DNA of 64,000 nt from Paramecium tetraurelia (Eukaryota), in NCBI GenBank assembly GCA_000165425.1, contig CT868341.1, positions 186,001-250,000 on the forward strand, written 5' to 3'. Shown in pieces: positions 1-16,741 of this stretch. Numbering within the stretch: position 1 is the first letter of the stretch; each line of letters starts with the position of its first letter. The notes below the pieces were generated by a model. The model worked only from the letters and a program-made list of their open reading frames with translations, did not search any database and had not been told where the DNA came from. The translations under genes were made by a program, and so were the position numbers.

Positions 1-2
1 AT

Positions 3-464
3 CTACCAAAACCAACAATTTATTTAGATCCCTATAGTCCAGAATAAGAAGAATTATAATTTCATTCCTCAATTCTTTCTCCACAAAAATCATTTGAGGA
101 GAAAGCAAAGCAAGCATCAGTTGCCTTTGAAGAACTTCTGGTAGATTTTGAAAATAATCCTCTCACACAAAAATTAATAGCTTGTCTGGACAAAGAAGTT
201 GTGAATGTCCTTATATCTGAATATGAGGAAAGAAATAGACCTAGCAGAGCTAGATAACAATTTCTCTCAATTAGCAATGCAGTTGTAGCCAAAATTAAAT
301 AGGATTAATAGTAAAGACAGTTTTAATATGAACAATTGACGAAGTAGACTGAATAAAAGAAGTTTCTTGATGGGACTGTTTAGAATAGTGCAATAAAAGA
401 TAAATCAGATAATCGGGAAGGATCTTAAGATTCGATTCACTTTAAATCTCAGAAGGAATAATGA
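3..464 (+). CDS. C-terminal part (5' truncated by window) of a ciliate two-TM channel-like family protein; paralog of the 492-2431 gene
   Basis: Open frame LPKPTIYLDPYSPEQ...KSFEEKAKQASVAFEELLVDFENNPLTQKLIACLD...KEQ* aligns by eye with the neighbour's C-terminus LPKPMISLDPS...KSQKKKAHEAQQVLDELLENLDDPITIKLISLMD. Confidence 0.8.
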
Positions 465-491
465 ATATCATCAAAATATATTTATTTTAAT

Positions 492-2431
492 TCATGATTC
501 AATAGCATCTGGAGTGATGTATTTAGTTACTGATCTCTTTTTCAGATCCAATTAAATTTATAGAAGCTTAAAGATATTAGGATCCATTAAAGAAATAAGT
601 TTGATAGTGATTGGATCATCCAAATTTTCAAGCAATTCATCTAAAACTTATTATGCTTCGTGAGCCTTTTCTTTCTAAGATTTGTAGGGTTTCAACAAAG
701 AAGAATACATAACCGTTTCATTCTATTACAAATTGCTAGGATCTAAAGAAATCATTGGTTTTGGTAAGAAGTCAAAGAGTTGTACCTATTACTTTGTCAA
801 TAAAATGGTTTTGAGTTTATCAATCTCCTATAATTTATCTATAATAAAGAGAATATCTAAGCACTTCTCCAATTTGTTTATCGAGTATTGCATTTACTTA
901 AATTTTCCTTCCTTTTTTCTATGAAATCAAAATATAAAATTACCCACACTTTAAATATTTGATATAATCAAATGCACTCAGTCTTAATTTTAGAGTGGCT
1001 ATGTTAAATAATTTCCTTAAAGCAAACCTAATGCCCTTTTATATTAGTTTGTCATTTTCAGGTGAATTTGTAACCATTTAAGAAGATTTTTCAGTCTAAG
1101 CAGAATTGACTTATTCCATTTTTTAATTTTTGTTTTTGGTTCTACCTTTAGGGAACCTTATGGAACTCTTAATCTTTGATTAATTTAATATAATCGAAGT
1201 GTCATTTTCATGAGTCTAAATATTCTCTTATACCATAGTCAACTTCTTAAGTATTTATTTGCCTCCATCCTCAATATCATTTTACTATTTTTATCCTTCA
1301 AAATTAAACAGATTATTAATGACATCTAATTTATAAGACAAAGATTAGATAGGTTTCACCATTATAGTAAAAACGAGCATTAAAATTTCCCATAGACCAC
1401 CTGCTTAGGCTAAAATGTCCTAGAGCTTAGGATAAATTCTATAACTGATATTCTCAGTGTTTGCCAATCTAATCAAAACTGAAGCAAGAGCTTCATCGCT
1501 ATTAAAATCTATCACCTCTTAGGTTTTCAAATATCTAATTGTCGAATCCTTCCTCACCAATCCATTCAACAATCCTTCCTCAGTCAAAGTTGTTATTGGC
1601 TGCATGAATAAAGTAATATCCTTCATAACTTGACTTGAAATTGTGGTTTAAATTTCCTCGACTTTCGGAACATTTGGCTTTAAGTAATTTCTTAAATCAA
1701 TATTATATGAAGACAATTGGAATAAAATATAATTACGATGTAGTTTTTCTTAAATTTCTTCTTTCGACTTACAAACTTGGCTATTGACTAAATAGTAATT
1801 AAAAATTACGATTGCTAGTGTCATTCACACATGTTTCAAAGCTTATATATATGTATGTATAATTTTCTTATTCTGGTGTTCCAATCAAACTAAGACCTTT
1901 GATATTGTTCCAATCTAGACAATATGTATTTTCTATATCCACATTATCAAGTTGGTCTTCTATTTCTTCATAAGGTATTCCAATTTTAGCACATTTTGAT
2001 AATGGTATTTCCGTTTTAGTAAATTTCAAATTTGTTTTATTATCGACCCTTCATAATAAAAGAACTTACATAACTTATGCCCTATTAACCATTACTGCTT
2101 TGACTTGGTAGATAGACTCGTCAATGTAATTTGTTTAATTTTCAGTTTAAAATGCAAATTATAAAGTGAAATTCTTGGATAATAATGGGAATACCGGGAT
2201 TTCCTCATAGTATACCTCTGAATATAGTGTTTGAAACTCTTTTCTTTGTCCTAATTACACAAATTTGTTTATAATGTAGGTTAAAACGCAAGAAAACATT
2301 AATAAAGTCATGAAAGCTCCAAACAGAGATTGATGTGATCTCTTTTTATGAATCATCAACTCTACTGGAGAAGAGAAAAAATCTAACTTTTTACCTAAGT
2401 TTCCCAGCTTTTTCATTTTATTGGAATTCAT
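492..2431 (-). CDS. Two-transmembrane protein with large Cys-containing extracellular loop (expanded ciliate family; ENaC/ASIC-like topology)
   Basis: MNSNKMKKLGNLGKKLDFFSSPVELM...; TM1 SLFGAFMTLLMFSCVLTYII; loop with cysteines (LSKC, TYCLDW, ETCVN); TM2 region RIYPKLQDILAQAGGLWEILMLVFTIMV; cytosolic tail LDILFIIDKLQEIDKLKTILL...LPKP; small introns. Confidence 0.8.
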
Positions 2432-2511
2432 ATCAGCAATTTTAAATAAATTAATTTATCTAGTACATAAATTGATTACTTTTTCCATTTTATAAATTTA
2501 GATACGTTTCT

Positions 2512-4778
2512 TCATAATTATGATTATAATAATAATTCAAAATCATTTTTACTGTTAAAATCATCAAGATTTGTTTTTTTAGCAGGAAAGAGTGGATCAA
2601 TAATGAACCTCAAAAAATCTCAATTATTTACCTAAACAAATTGTCTAATAAGCCTGAAATTATTTTAGCTAATACTGGACAGCCTGTTTCGATACATGGA
2701 TTTGTATTAAATTCAATGAGGATTGGTTTAAATTCATTTGTAATCATGAAATCTAAACCATATAATTCAAACCCAATCACTTGATCAGTATTATTTATTT
2801 AATTAATACTCGAAGCACATGCTATTTTGGTTAATTACTAATTATGCGATTACGTAATAATTTACTTTCATGTTTTTATAAAGCTCTTCGAAACTGTAAT
2901 TTGTATTGTTTTATTTATTCTATTCGAGTAAGTAGTTCTAGAATTGTTCATACGAGACCTTGTTGCCTATGAAATTTAGGGAAAGTCAAATACCTTTTTC
3001 AAATTTGCCATATCCATTCATTTTATTTTGAATTGCATCATTCGTAAGATGAATTTTCTGATTATCCAGCGAATCTAAACTAAATAAACTACTTGACGTA
3101 CGGAGGTATCCCTTTTTATACCAAAATACTATCTACTTATTAAAATGATCACTACCTTTTTTAGCACCATTTAATATTGTAATGAGACAGTACCCTCTTA
3201 TATCAAATTTCCTCTTTTAATATAGAAATGGATTCTCAATATATTTTTATAGAATGAATGTATGATTTTATTAGGAAATGTGTTGATAGATTTCATTCAA
3301 ATTATTACATACTATGAAAATAACAATAAAAATACCTTTAATGCCTTAACCTCGATTGCTATCTTCTCCAGGTTTGATAATCCATATATTTTTAAATGCA
3401 GAATCAATAGAGAACTCTTCAAATTTTTTCTTGAAAACATGAAAGGATTCATCATTCGGACCTTATATATGATAAGTCAAAGGAATTAGGGTCCACAAAT
3501 CTATTTAGTTTTCTTTACAATGTTTGCTTAAATTCAGAAACAAAAATTTCTTATCTCCTAATTAATTTCCTTCCTTAAGGTGATTATGAATCCTGATAGA
3601 TTAATTTTAATGATTAATTGTTAGTAGCTCCTTAACATTACCTAACTAAAAAATTAAAGTTATTTACTTACATTATTGAGTATTGCTTGGCTTTCAAGAT
3701 TGTAATCTGCTAATTTCTTCTTAGACTTTCCTTCCACACGATCCCAAGCTTATCTAATTAAAGTTTAATCATTAGAATCAACCCATCCTTCAAGAGTTTC
3801 ATTAGAAATTGATCTTTAAATTGGCCTAATCTCAGATTAGGGAAAGTCAACAAATTTTTGAGTCCAAATAAAATTAAAATCATCTTCTTCTAAATTACCA
3901 CCTACAGTCCACTATGCTCTCATACTGAATATACTTTTGACCATCATATGATTATTGCCTCGACCGACAAAAAGTTTATAATATTTTTAATGTTATGCTG
4001 GTAAAACTTAAATTGCATTTGTAAAATTTATAATTTGATTAATTTCCAATACACTAGGGCATTGTATAAATTTTAGATAACCAATATCCCAATATCTAGT
4101 ATCATCTATTAACACTTTTTTTTTTGTCTAAGATTATGGAGCTAAAGCCTTTTTAATAGGGGAAGTAGTCCGTTCTAATTTGACTATTGGTATTAATCTC
4201 TTCAACGGTTTTGGAGTAGTCTCCTTTGGCAGTGGTTAGACTTAAACTTATTTTACTTGGATTAATTGTCCCTTTATACTGTCCAATTCATTGTCTTTTT
4301 AGGCAACTGATTGACAACGTTACGATCTTTTTTATATATTCTTTCTATGTATAGTTTTAGGAAACACAATAATTTCATTATTAGTTTTTCCAATAAGCTG
4401 TTCAATTAAGGACTGATTTCTTGCCTTTCTATTATGCAACTCGTATATTTAAGATAGAAATTCATAACTTGTGATATCCTTGCTTTTTCTTATGAAAGGA
4501 GGAAATTGAGGGTCAAGTGATTTTACAATACTATGATTTGGAGTCTCCAATTATTATTCCTATTCAGTAATTACAGGTTTTTATTTTTTATCTATTTATT
4601 AGAAGCTACCATTCCTCCTCATCTATGATAAAAATTGTCTGACTCCTGCCTCTGTGCTATTCAGAGCTATTGACATATACCCTTGCCAAATTTGTACATT
4701 GTTATCTTGTTTTCTTTTTTATGGTGAGAAATATTCCTTAACATTATCGTCATCCTTACTTAAAATACGATTGCGCAT
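2512..4778 (-). CDS. Tubulin-tyrosine ligase-like (TTLL) protein
   Basis: ATP-grasp TTLL motifs WIIKPGEDSNRGQGI, KRKFDIRGY, GYLRTSS, IHLTNDAIQ, FELYGLDFMI, LIEFNTNPC; long low-complexity N-terminus; several tiny introns. Confidence 0.92.
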
Positions 4779-4811
4779 AAAATTAATAATTTATTATAAG
4801 TATATAGTTAA

Positions 4812-5162
4812 TCAGAATAGGCATTAACAAAGTTAGCTAAGCTTCTTTTAATCATTATAGACAAATACTAGACCAGTTGTCCTTGATACTTCTAATCTTT
4901 AATTCGTTACTTTTCTTTTTCAACTTTATTTTCTACATCATGGTCGTTCAGACACACATCAGGATATCTACTTTTTGTTGGTTTTTGACTAAAATTCTCT
5001 ATGCAATTTCATTATATAACTCTTAAACTCTTTCATTTCGCTCAGTTCTTGGTATCCAATTTATTTGCAACTTTTGCATATTTATTCTATAAATAATTTA
5101 GATTCTTCTGGAATTGCCAATTAATAGCTAATAATGTAATTAGTTGTATTTTTTAATGACAT
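4812..5162 (-). CDS. Small hypothetical protein (about 110 aa) ending in CQCLF
   Basis: ATG at 5162; removing one 22-nt GT..AG intron gives an open frame MSLKNTTNYII...SRTTGLVFVYNDQKKLSQLCQCLF*. Confidence 0.55.
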
Positions 5163-6127
5163 CTGTAAAAATTACTACAGAGCAATTTATTTTTTTTTAG
5201 TTTTCAAATTTTTTTTGTTTGAATTTAAGAATTAACACATAATCGTTCATTTGTTACTAATAATTATTAATTTTATTTATAAATTTTATTATATTCTCCT
5301 TAAAGAATACGGTTTGATGTAACTTATGAATCAAATTTCTTTTTTATAACTTTCTAATGCATTGCATTTTTAAGTCCAAAAACAAGTATTCACTCTTCTT
5401 GTTTCAGTTTTAGATTAGCCAATATTAGTAAAAGAAGAACCTCTCTATCGCTAAATCCTTCTCGTACTCATTGATCAAGCCTTATTTAACCTTTCTGAAT
5501 GTCACCTAATTTCTTAAAGTTTTTCGAAATTTCATTAATTCAAACATATTAAGGGAATTTTCAGTTTTAAAGGATTTTCTTTTGGCTTCGCAGTCCTGGA
5601 TATAGTAATTATGTTTTAGGAGTTCGTTTTTTTAATGTTCAATTTTATTATGCAATTTAAAAGAGATTTCACTTAATTATAATAGATCCTTACACTTTAT
5701 AGCCACTCAATCATTCAGAATTATAATGTTCTTTTCTTATGTTAAAAAGTATATTCTTTATCAAGAATAATAAGACTTTGTTTAAGATTTTCTCCTCTTG
5801 CTCATGAAACAAATCTTATTAGAATGCTTCTAAATGTTAGCATATTTAGAGATTAAGAAAGGCTTAGGTCTAAAAATAATTGAGTTGTTGTTTCATTTCT
5901 ATAGTTTGCTAATTTAATTATGAAATTCAAAGAAAAATAATCCGCTCAGTTAGTAAGCTCTGTACTTTTGAAATGTCAATAACAGGAGCTCATTCCTAAT
6001 ATGAGTGATCGATTTTGAATTAATAAGAAATGAAATTTTACTTATTGCCGTCTTAATATCGTTCGTTAGAACTAGGCCCTAAGAAATTCAATAATATTAA
6101 TATATATATATATATTAAATATACATA

Positions 6128-9194
<3,067 letters not shown>

Positions 9195-9325
9195 TAAATT
9201 TAATTATGTTTTTCACCTTACCAATTTCCCTAATAATCATCAAATTATTTGAATCAACTTTTTATCATCATATAATAATATATATTAAATTTCCATACAT
9301 AATACTAGTACTAACTTATAATAAA

Positions 9326-9622
9326 TCAAATTTATTCATGTTTTCTAATCTCCCTCGCTAAAAACACCAAAGGGTTGAATACTCTGAAAGATCCATGACG
9401 TTTTCTGTCGATTGGATTCTGCAAATAGAAATCGAATTCACTCATGTCATCTTCTGTCTATTCACTTTGATAATTTTTGCCATCCTCCACCAACTACTTG
9501 AATTTGTTCCTAAACTCGTTTTGCTAATTGTAATTTTAACATATTTGCTTATTCTAATGCAAATATTCCAATAACTTATCCATTGCCTCATCAACAACAC
9601 AATAAACATTATCCAAGCTCAT
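9326..9622 (-). CDS. Small helical protein with Dpy-30/docking-like motif; 5' extension appears disrupted (possible pseudogene)
   Basis: 99-codon frame MSLDNVYCVVDEAMDKLLEYL...RVFNPLVFLAREIRKHEQI*; coding-like sequence continues upstream across an in-frame TGA at 9623-9625. Confidence 0.55.
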
Positions 9623-10322
9623 TCAGCTCCTTATTATTTAATTTAATAAAATCTCATCAACTATTTCAGAAACCAACTCTCTTTCCTTATTCAATAATAA
9701 CTATTACTCTCCTACTCAACTAACGGCTTACAATAAAACAGTATCTAACTACCTATTTGCATGAAAATTATTAATTGCTATTTAGGGTAAACAAAGAATT
9801 AACAATCAAACCAAAACTTTATGTGCAACTGCTTTTAATTCTATCAGAAAATGCAAGGATAACCTCTACTACTATTTAAATTACCAAAACTCAGATACTG
9901 GGTTAGATGTTTTACTAAATGGATTTAATATATTTTATTTAAATTCTTATATGGAATAGGATGGATATTAATACATTAATTATGTGTATTAATAGTTTAT
10001 GACATCAAAACTATTTTATTAATTAATTATAAATATAGATTAACTTTATGAACAGGGTCATTAACTCTTTATTGATTTATCGTTCATTGAATTACTATAT
10101 TCCTAAACTTATACTAGAAAATGTCGTTCCAAAGAATCATATATAGAATTATAAAAGTTGCATCAAATATCGCAACCCTTTTTGGGTCATTTTATATATA
10201 TAATTAAAAAAAATATTATTTGATAAACAACTTAATTAAAATATTATTAGAAAAAAATTAAATGGAAGTTGGCGTTAAGAAGAATGAAAACTCAAATTAC
10301 GTTTAAAATTATTCTATATATA

Positions 10323-10796
10323 TCAAATTGTTTCTTCTTTAACATCATTATGGAGTTTTTGAAAGTAGTTGTAAGAGTTAATTATTTCATGATTGACTTT
10401 TATTTCCACAAAAAGACTGAGATGACGTTCATTTTTTTCCTCTATTGAACAAAATGAGGCTTATTTTTTCTTAACAATCAAGCTTTTCACCTAATCTGGT
10501 ATCGGCCTCTTTTCAGTTTTATAGTAATGGATTAATGACTTAGCACTTGAGTAATTCATTCTCAATTCCTTTGCAGCCTTACATTCAAAAAATATAAATA
10601 CCTGTTTTATCTTTTTCCCATTTTTAAATACCTATTCAAAAAGCATTTACTAAGTTCTTAAAGGTATTTTATGGTATCGTTTTACACTAATTGTTTAAGT
10701 GTAAATAGGTCTGTTTTTTCTCGTTGAAACCTTCCTATTCGAAACCTCAGAAGAGAATTCTTGAAACTCATCGACAATCAGGCCTGTTCTGCTCAT
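10323..10796 (-). CDS. Homeodomain-like helix-turn-helix protein (ciliate-expanded family)
   Basis: KRYHKIPLRTQQMLFEQVFKNGKKIKQ/AAKELRMNYSSAKSLIHYYK, an HTH pattern; one small intron. Confidence 0.8.
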
Positions 10797-11628
10797 TTTA
10801 ATTTTTCTAAATCAAAAGAATCCTAAAATATATTGTATATTAGAAATCTTTATTACGTATTTGAATCATAAATTGAGATAATATAATCAAATTAAATTTA
10901 TAAGACCAAGAAAACTTTATGATGGGTATTTTATTTCAACCTTTGAAAGAAATCCACATGGTCAATACCCAGCATCTTTAAATTTAAATATATATAAATT
11001 CTTCGCTAACTCAACATTTTATTTCTTTTTTGCAACTGATTTAAAACTATCTAATCAATTAGTATATTACATTTATAAACAATTCGATTTTTTATAGCAA
11101 TTTATTCTTTTGAGCGTTAAAAAATTAGACCCCTAAAAAAAGATAACTGATAGATTATAAAGAATATAGTCCCTAAACTCTTACTTAAACTTCCATTTTT
11201 ATTATCTATTCCTACTTTTGCTCCAAATTTATCTAATATACTATTGTTAAAATAATAGAAATCATATTAAAATTTCTTCTTATAATTGTTGTAACTTTAT
11301 TTCTTTATTAAAATCATCACAAATAGAATTATCTCTATAAAGTTTACTGTATTTTAAGGAAGTTGAAATTTTAGATAATTTTAATAAAATTATGTTTGAT
11401 AACATTAATATTTGTAAATTTACAATTAATGCCCATAAAACAAGACTAGACGAATGAGTTCCCAATAAGATATAAATAGGTATGCATTTTTTTGACATGT
11501 GATTACACATGATTACATATTTATTAGTTCAAATAAAATAATCAATCTTTCTTACAGTTATTATGTAATCCTTAACAGAATCATTTATATATAATATATA
11601 TATATTTAAAACTGTTTTATAATATAAT

Positions 11629-13172
<1,544 letters not shown>

Positions 13173-14418
13173 TATTTAAATTTAGCAAAAAAATTTAGAT
13201 TCGTTTAATACTATATTTATGTTAGATAATGAATGATCTCACTTCTTTATAAATAACATTTTCTACTTCTGAAATGACATTTGGAACCCTCAAAATGAGA
13301 ACAAATCCATGAAAGCCAACAATAATTCCTATTCTATGATATCAGTAATCAATATTTATTTTATATTGTGCTAAATATACAAATATATATAAAAATAGTT
13401 ATAATTTTCTCCATTTCCAAACAGATAACAGAGCACCGACTCCAGAAACAATCTAATTATTAAGGATTTAAGAATACTTTAGAACATGATAAAAATAAAC
13501 TAAATTTCCTAAAGGAAAGATCTATACGGATATATGCAATTATGATAATAATATTAATATTTTCTATATCAAATGAGCTATAAAAGATTAATCTGATGTA
13601 ATCCTTTTGTGTGTTAATTGTCTTGAGGAGATACATGTGAATTTCAAAATGAGGAATTTGGATTCTTTTAAGACTTATTTGATTATATTTCAGGGATTTC
13701 ACCTTATAGAAAAGCTGAGGCAGTGATATATATAAGAGATGCAGATATCTTACAAATTTAATTCTAAAATCTGTGTTGTTTTAACAACAAAAAAGACAAA
13801 TTCTTGAACTGTTATGCTTTGATAATAATTATTAGAAGAATGCTCATAATAAAAATAAATATAAAGCAATTAAATAACACAAAGGTGAATTTGAAATACC
13901 ATAAAGTAAATATAAACAATTTTTTTTATGAATAAATAAATATTTATTATAATTTATTTCATAAGTTTGGTAGCGATTTCAAATTTAATCCTACTTAGAA
14001 GATTCTTCTTTTATTTTTAGTTCCTTATTTTCATCATGCAGTAACCTTTTGTACACTGTTAACTAAGGGATTTCATAATTCTTAGATCAATGAATTAGCA
14101 TCATTAAATTGGTAATCGAAGGAACATCTTGATTAGACGATCATAACTATAAATAACGAATTATCCATAAAGATTTTCAACGAAAATGATTTACAATCAG
14201 AATCTATATTATCTAATGTTGTGTATCGATGTATGTATATGAAATGATAATATATTATTAAATTGCTTATAATACTGCATTAAAAAACAATAGTTTAAAA
14301 CTATGTATATTGTGAGGATGTGTTGAAACAATAAATATTAATACGAATGTTTTTTCTATTCAGAAATTAAATGCTCTTTAGGTTATGATGTTTTTCTTTA
14401 TTTCTTATTTTAAATAAA

Positions 14419-15213
14419 TCACTTTTTCCTTTTCAAGAATAAATTCCTATACTTTTAAGACCATGAGGCTGAAAATGTTGGTTCTAATTTATTTTAACTG
14501 TTTTCAAATTTAGATAAGCGATCTTCAAACTCTTTGAATTCATTCCTCACATTAATAGTATTCTGTGTCGGAACTTTATCCTTTTGTTTTTGAATAGTTT
14601 ATGTATTTTTTTATAGTGATTTCAATTGATTACATTCCCTAATCTGTTGAGGTTTGTTTGATAAACATTAATCTCCCAAAATCTTTACTAATGTGACTTT
14701 TTACTTCATGCGTTCCTTTATATATTATTGATGCACCTTCCTTGAATCCTGCAAATTAGGTCTCTTTTTCTTAGCAATATCAAATTGGATCTGGAAAAAA
14801 TCTTAAGAATTAATAAATGTTGTACCATAAGAACATGGTGTTTTAATTTTAAATAAACGGTAATACATCTCATACAATCTTTCTGTTTTCAGACTAGTTG
14901 CTTATAGACGATAATGAATTTCCCATAGATGTTCTACTTACTTAAAATTCTCTTGAGAGAAATCCTAAAGCAATTCCTATTAAATAATGCATTGTCAGAA
15001 TACTGAAGCATAATCTCTCAAGCATATTTTAAATATTTCAATAATATCAGATTCTTGATCTGATGCAATTTTATTTTCAAACATTTTCATCATCCTTGGT
15101 TGAATACTACATAAATGCTTCTAATTAAAGGGTGCCAAGTAAAGCTCCATAATTAATTAATTTAAGGTCTAAATATTGCAATCGATTGAACCATCATTTG
15201 CTATAAGTGACAT
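14419..15213 (-). CDS. Hypothetical protein
   Basis: MSLIANDGSIDCNIQ... open after removing a 27-nt TGA-containing intron; ends FSASWSQKYRNLFLKRKK*. Confidence 0.7.
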
Positions 15214-16055
15214 AATTATAAAAATAATTTATTAATATGCAATAATTATGAATTATTTATATATTCATACAAATCATACTCCTTATTCTAAAAGGATATT
15301 CTCTTCTTTAGAATTATAAATGCTTGCCAAATCAATAATATGAAAATATCAAAATTACTTAGAAAAAATAAGAATATAATCTAATTAAATTAATATTTAT
15401 AATCTAAATTGGAGAAAACAGATTCTGAAAAAGAAATTTTATTAGGTTGAATTCAGATGGTAAATTAGTGCTAAAAATGAATTACATGAGAGCAAAGCAT
15501 TTGTATGATTTTTCATAAGGATACCTAAGAAATCTAATATTTCTAAGATTTGGGATCTGCTTTGGAATGAACATACCTAAATAAATTATACAAAGTTGTA
15601 AACGAAATCGATTCCAAATATTGGTTTAAGATTGTTCTAGTATCAATAATGTAAATTGAAGAGATCATTGCTATAGCAATTTGAAGTGATAAGGGAATAT
15701 AGAATCTTGATTTTGAATTAATCCAAGATTAGATAAGTGAAAAAGCGACTAATCTCAAATAATCTTAATGGCATTTTAATAGTTAATCTGTTTAATTCAT
15801 GTACATAGAAGAATAGATATTTTTAAAGATTTGCAAAGTAGAAATGAAACATGGCCTCGATTGAGTCCTTCAATCAAAGACTTGAGCCTGAAGCCTGGAA
15901 AATTGATTAATAGATGTATAATTAGATTAGGTTTTAAAAGGTTTTTTGAATTTTATAATAAATGAATATTCAATCATGATTTATGCTATAAAAAGAATAG
16001 GACTATAAGGGTAATTGATAATAATTTCTTTTATCAAAATAATTCTTTAAAAATA

Positions 16056-16697
16056 ATGATTTAAAATGAGATAGCGGAATGCATGAAAAAGATGACGACT
16101 TACCTTGATTAGAATGGTTACAAGAAATTCAAACTATTCTAAGCTTAACCAAATTATTTTGATTTGAACTATGAGGAGAGGAAAGAATTATTATAAGCAC
16201 CCTCTGTAGATCATTTATGCAAATCTATTATCATGGAAAATACAAAATACGATGACTCCTATCCTGATAATGAAGTCAACCCAAAATATATCTGTGTAGT
16301 AGTTCAATACATCACAAAACTATAAGGAGAAAAGGTATTGTATTTAAGAACAATATTAGATTAATAAATATTTTAAATAGTTATAGAATCAGAAGTATCC
16401 TGATAAATAAATTTCTAGAAATAAATTACATTTCAGATTAACCTCAGATGAAGTAACAATTGTTGACTATATAAGATGTCATATCAATTAAGTGGATATT
16501 AATTTAATGCAATTACCCCTTTTAATATGGTGCAAAACATGCCTCTCTTGATTTCTGATAGAATATTGAATTTGGAGTATATATGGTTTGGAGGTGGACA
16601 TACAGATGTTAAATTGAGGATGGATATAAAAGAGATGTGTACTCTTTATCCCAATAAAGTCTATTATTCTGATATTATAATGCCATAACAAGAATGA
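16056..16697 (+). CDS. YbaK/prolyl-tRNA-synthetase-associated (aminoacyl-tRNA deacylase-like) protein
   Basis: YFDLNYEERKELLQAPSVDHLCKSIIMENT, KYICVVVQY, HFRL, NAITPF, IWFGGGHTDVKL resemble eukaryotic stand-alone YbaK-like proteins; two small introns. Confidence 0.85.
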
Positions 16698-16741
16698 AGA
16701 TAATCTATTAATATATATATATATTAATATTTGATAATTAA

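Noticed and set aside
5280..5900. Minus-strand coding-like stretch
   Set aside because: All three frames hit TGA near 5710-5720 with no convincing intron; no recognisable domain.
6090..6125. (TA)n tracts here and near 11590 and 60300
   Set aside because: Short microsatellite-like runs expected in AT-rich intergenic DNA.
9761..10223. Plus-strand open frame of about 150 codons
   Set aside because: Long TGA-free frames arise by chance under code 6; no clear start or motif.
15250..16000. FGICFG suggesting a class I glutamine amidotransferase
   Set aside because: No other GATase motifs and the surrounding frames are broken; likely chance or a remnant.
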